DNA of 64,000 nt from Trichosphaerium sp. ATCC 40318 (taxonomy: Eukaryota; Protista; Tubulinea), in assembly GCA_038496445.1 (NCBI GenBank), contig JALMLS010000376.1, positions 248,001-312,000 on the forward strand, written 5' to 3'. Position numbers and translations under genes: made by a program. The notes below the pieces were generated by a model. That model was not told the origin of the DNA and ran no database searches. It saw only the letters and a list, made by a program, of their open reading frames with translations. Shown here one piece after another: positions 61,769 to 64,000 of this stretch; the first letter of the stretch is position 1; each line of letters begins with the position of its first letter.

Positions 61769-64000
61769 TTAAATATTCTCTCTGAAATTAATCGAAGACA
61801 TAGGTACGAAGCTTGGAGGATCTCTTAAGCTTGAGTCGCGTGGTTTTGAAGGCTATTGAAAAAATATGAGCTTAGACTGTGGTAAGCGAAAAAGAAATGG
61901 TACCTTTCCAGGAGGGTCTCTTCCTTTGTATTTCAAACCAGTTCTTCCGCATGGATGACAGTCTTGTTTACCACTTCCATGACAACTCTTGCAAGAACGT
62001 CTTTTAGACGCACCGCCACCGCTGCAACCACCGCATCTATACAATAGGTTAATTTCATTTTAAGTTGAGTTTTTTTACTTACTTCTTCAAACGAGTTCCT
62101 TTACACCATGTACATGGGTCTTGCTTTTTATCTCTCCATTTGTCCATGTTGTCTGCGTATCTATCACGAGCTTTTTGGTTATTCTCTCTTATTCTTTCAT
62201 TATCTCTTTGATGGTCATCACGTGCTTGTTGACGACGATCAAGCTCTTCATTCCTGTATTTTTCAGCTAAACGAACAATAAGTTTCTCAACATCCACGTG
62301 ACTAACTGAAAAAAACAATGTAGAAATATAGTAATCTTACCAAGTCTTGCTATCTCTGATTCTTCATCTGCAGTTGCAGTAGCCGGAGTGAGGAGGAACT
62401 GGATTGCTCTAGCTGCTGAACAAGGATCTGTTCTGATGTCTGCGTTTACCTCACAAATAATCTCATTTGACTTTGTGGACAACTTAAAGTCCATTGGAAC
62501 TAGGGTTTTGGAGTTACCAAGATCTACAAAAGTTCTATTGTCTGGATCTAGTTTCAAGGTGAACTTCTTTATTTTAGCCCACGCTGACTTCAAATCACTT
62601 TTTCTACTCATCAATACCTCGAAACTATACAAAAAAACAAAGTGAGTATGAATTAAGAAAAGGTTTGGGAATGTACTTAGTTCCTGTCCAGTTATTCAAA
62701 CCACGTGTTAACATGTCGGCAGGAGCATCACCAACATTTTTACAATATTTAACATAGCTCTTTGCTGTGAATCCGGGAGCTGCTTTAAACTCGGCAGAGT
62801 TGATGCAACTGCTCCAATCGATAACAAGTTCAACGCCAAGCTTAGTTCCAATCTTACCAGCAACACCTGATGCGAGATCAATTGCCTCAGCTAGTGCCCA
62901 TGTTAATACGATATTTTTCTAAGAAGAAGAAAGAGATAGATAGGACTTACATTGCTTGAGTGGTCTAAGTTTGAGGAGGTCTTCAATACATTGACCAATA
63001 GGTTCATGTGTAGAAGATGGCTTCAACAAGTCCATAGCCATAGAAACAACAAGAGTTGTTCCTGACATTGCTGCACTGTATGGCTTCTTTGTGCCGTTCT
63101 TAGGGTCAATGACTAGTTTAATAGCAGTAACACGCTTCTCAACGTCTGCTTTTGTCTTTGGAAACTGTTTGAGATCCTTAAAGCTACAAAACAAGATGTT
63201 AGACTAACTCATAGCGGAAATAGTTGAAGGTTCATTGAACAACGGTTTAACGTACCCATAGGTTGAAAGCAAGGTTTCTCTGTACACAGCAGTATTGGCA
63301 TGCTTGATCATCGCATCCTGGGTAAAAGGTGTGATTGATCTGAAGTCCTCGGTATTGATAAATGACGCCCAATCAATTGAGAGTGCAATGCGTGTACTGA
63401 ATGACTTGTTCAACTCAGTTTGAATGGTGTCAAATGCCTTTTGAGATTCACTTCTTGCAATTGGTACAACAACATCGTAAAGGAAGGCAATGCGTTCTTT
63501 AACATCCTTAATCTTAGTGCATACGTCCAATATACCATTTAAATTCAAGGTGATAACAAGAGTCTTGCCTGAAATCAAACAGTAAGTAAAGGTTAAGTTT
63601 TTGGGGATTTTTTTATCTCATACCAGACTTTGTTGCGAAACTCGTCAGACGGCTATTATTGGTGACATCAACCTTGATCATAATATCATCGGTACTACTG
63701 CTGACAGTCTTTTTACCAATATCATGGTTTAAAACACCAACAAGACCCTAAAAAAAAGAATTAGAATCCGTCCGAGATTTTACCATCTATCGGTTGCATA
63801 CTCTGTCTGAAGCAACGGCATATTCGATAAATGTAGCCCAAACCATTGTGATAATATCTGCTTGAACTGCTGGCTTTAAGCCTCTGAATTCAGGCTTCAT
63901 AGTAAAGCCATCAAAATCAACGTCTGCATTGAGTGTTAGTGAATGCAAACGAGTTTTTGGTTCGTACCGATCTTCATCTTCTTTCCAATCTTGGCAGCAA
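61769..64000 (-). CDS. 3' part of a repeat-domain protein ending in a coiled coil and DnaJ-like CxxCxGxG zinc-finger repeats (runs off the window)
   Basis: Repeated unit (ITMVWATFI; LSIDWASFINTEDF; LVIDWSSCINSAEF, each followed by I.L..D...LVI); then CTWCKGT, CGGCSGGG, CKSCHGSG and CHPCGRTG. Confidence 0.7.

Overview
AT-rich (roughly 36% GC), gene-dense eukaryotic nuclear DNA with many short spliceosomal introns (mostly 40-70 nt; donors GTACGT/GTACGC/GTAAGT). The gene content (WASP-type VCA protein, Zn2Cys6 factor, RhoGAP, PIP kinase) suggests a free-living amoeboid protist, probably an amoebozoan (inference). I reconstructed about 28 spliced genes by hand, so exon ends are approximate. I found no rRNA, tRNA, CRISPR array or transposon. 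Highlights: (1) an adenylate-kinase-like P-loop domain fused to a complete mRNA guanylyltransferase, the architecture of the trypanosome cytoplasmic RNA recapping enzyme TbCe1; (2) two intron-containing, signal-peptide-bearing genes for phage tail-collar/fibre (MdpB-like) proteins that share a 280-nt block with an identical intron and five differences, all non-synonymous; (3) strong window-wide over-representation of the palindrome CACGTG, with GC-AG introns using a G|GCACGT donor; (4) a tandem-repeat protein ending in a PD-(D/E)XK-like nuclease domain; (5) a WASP-like actin nucleator with a C2-CRIB-4xSH3-WCA architecture.
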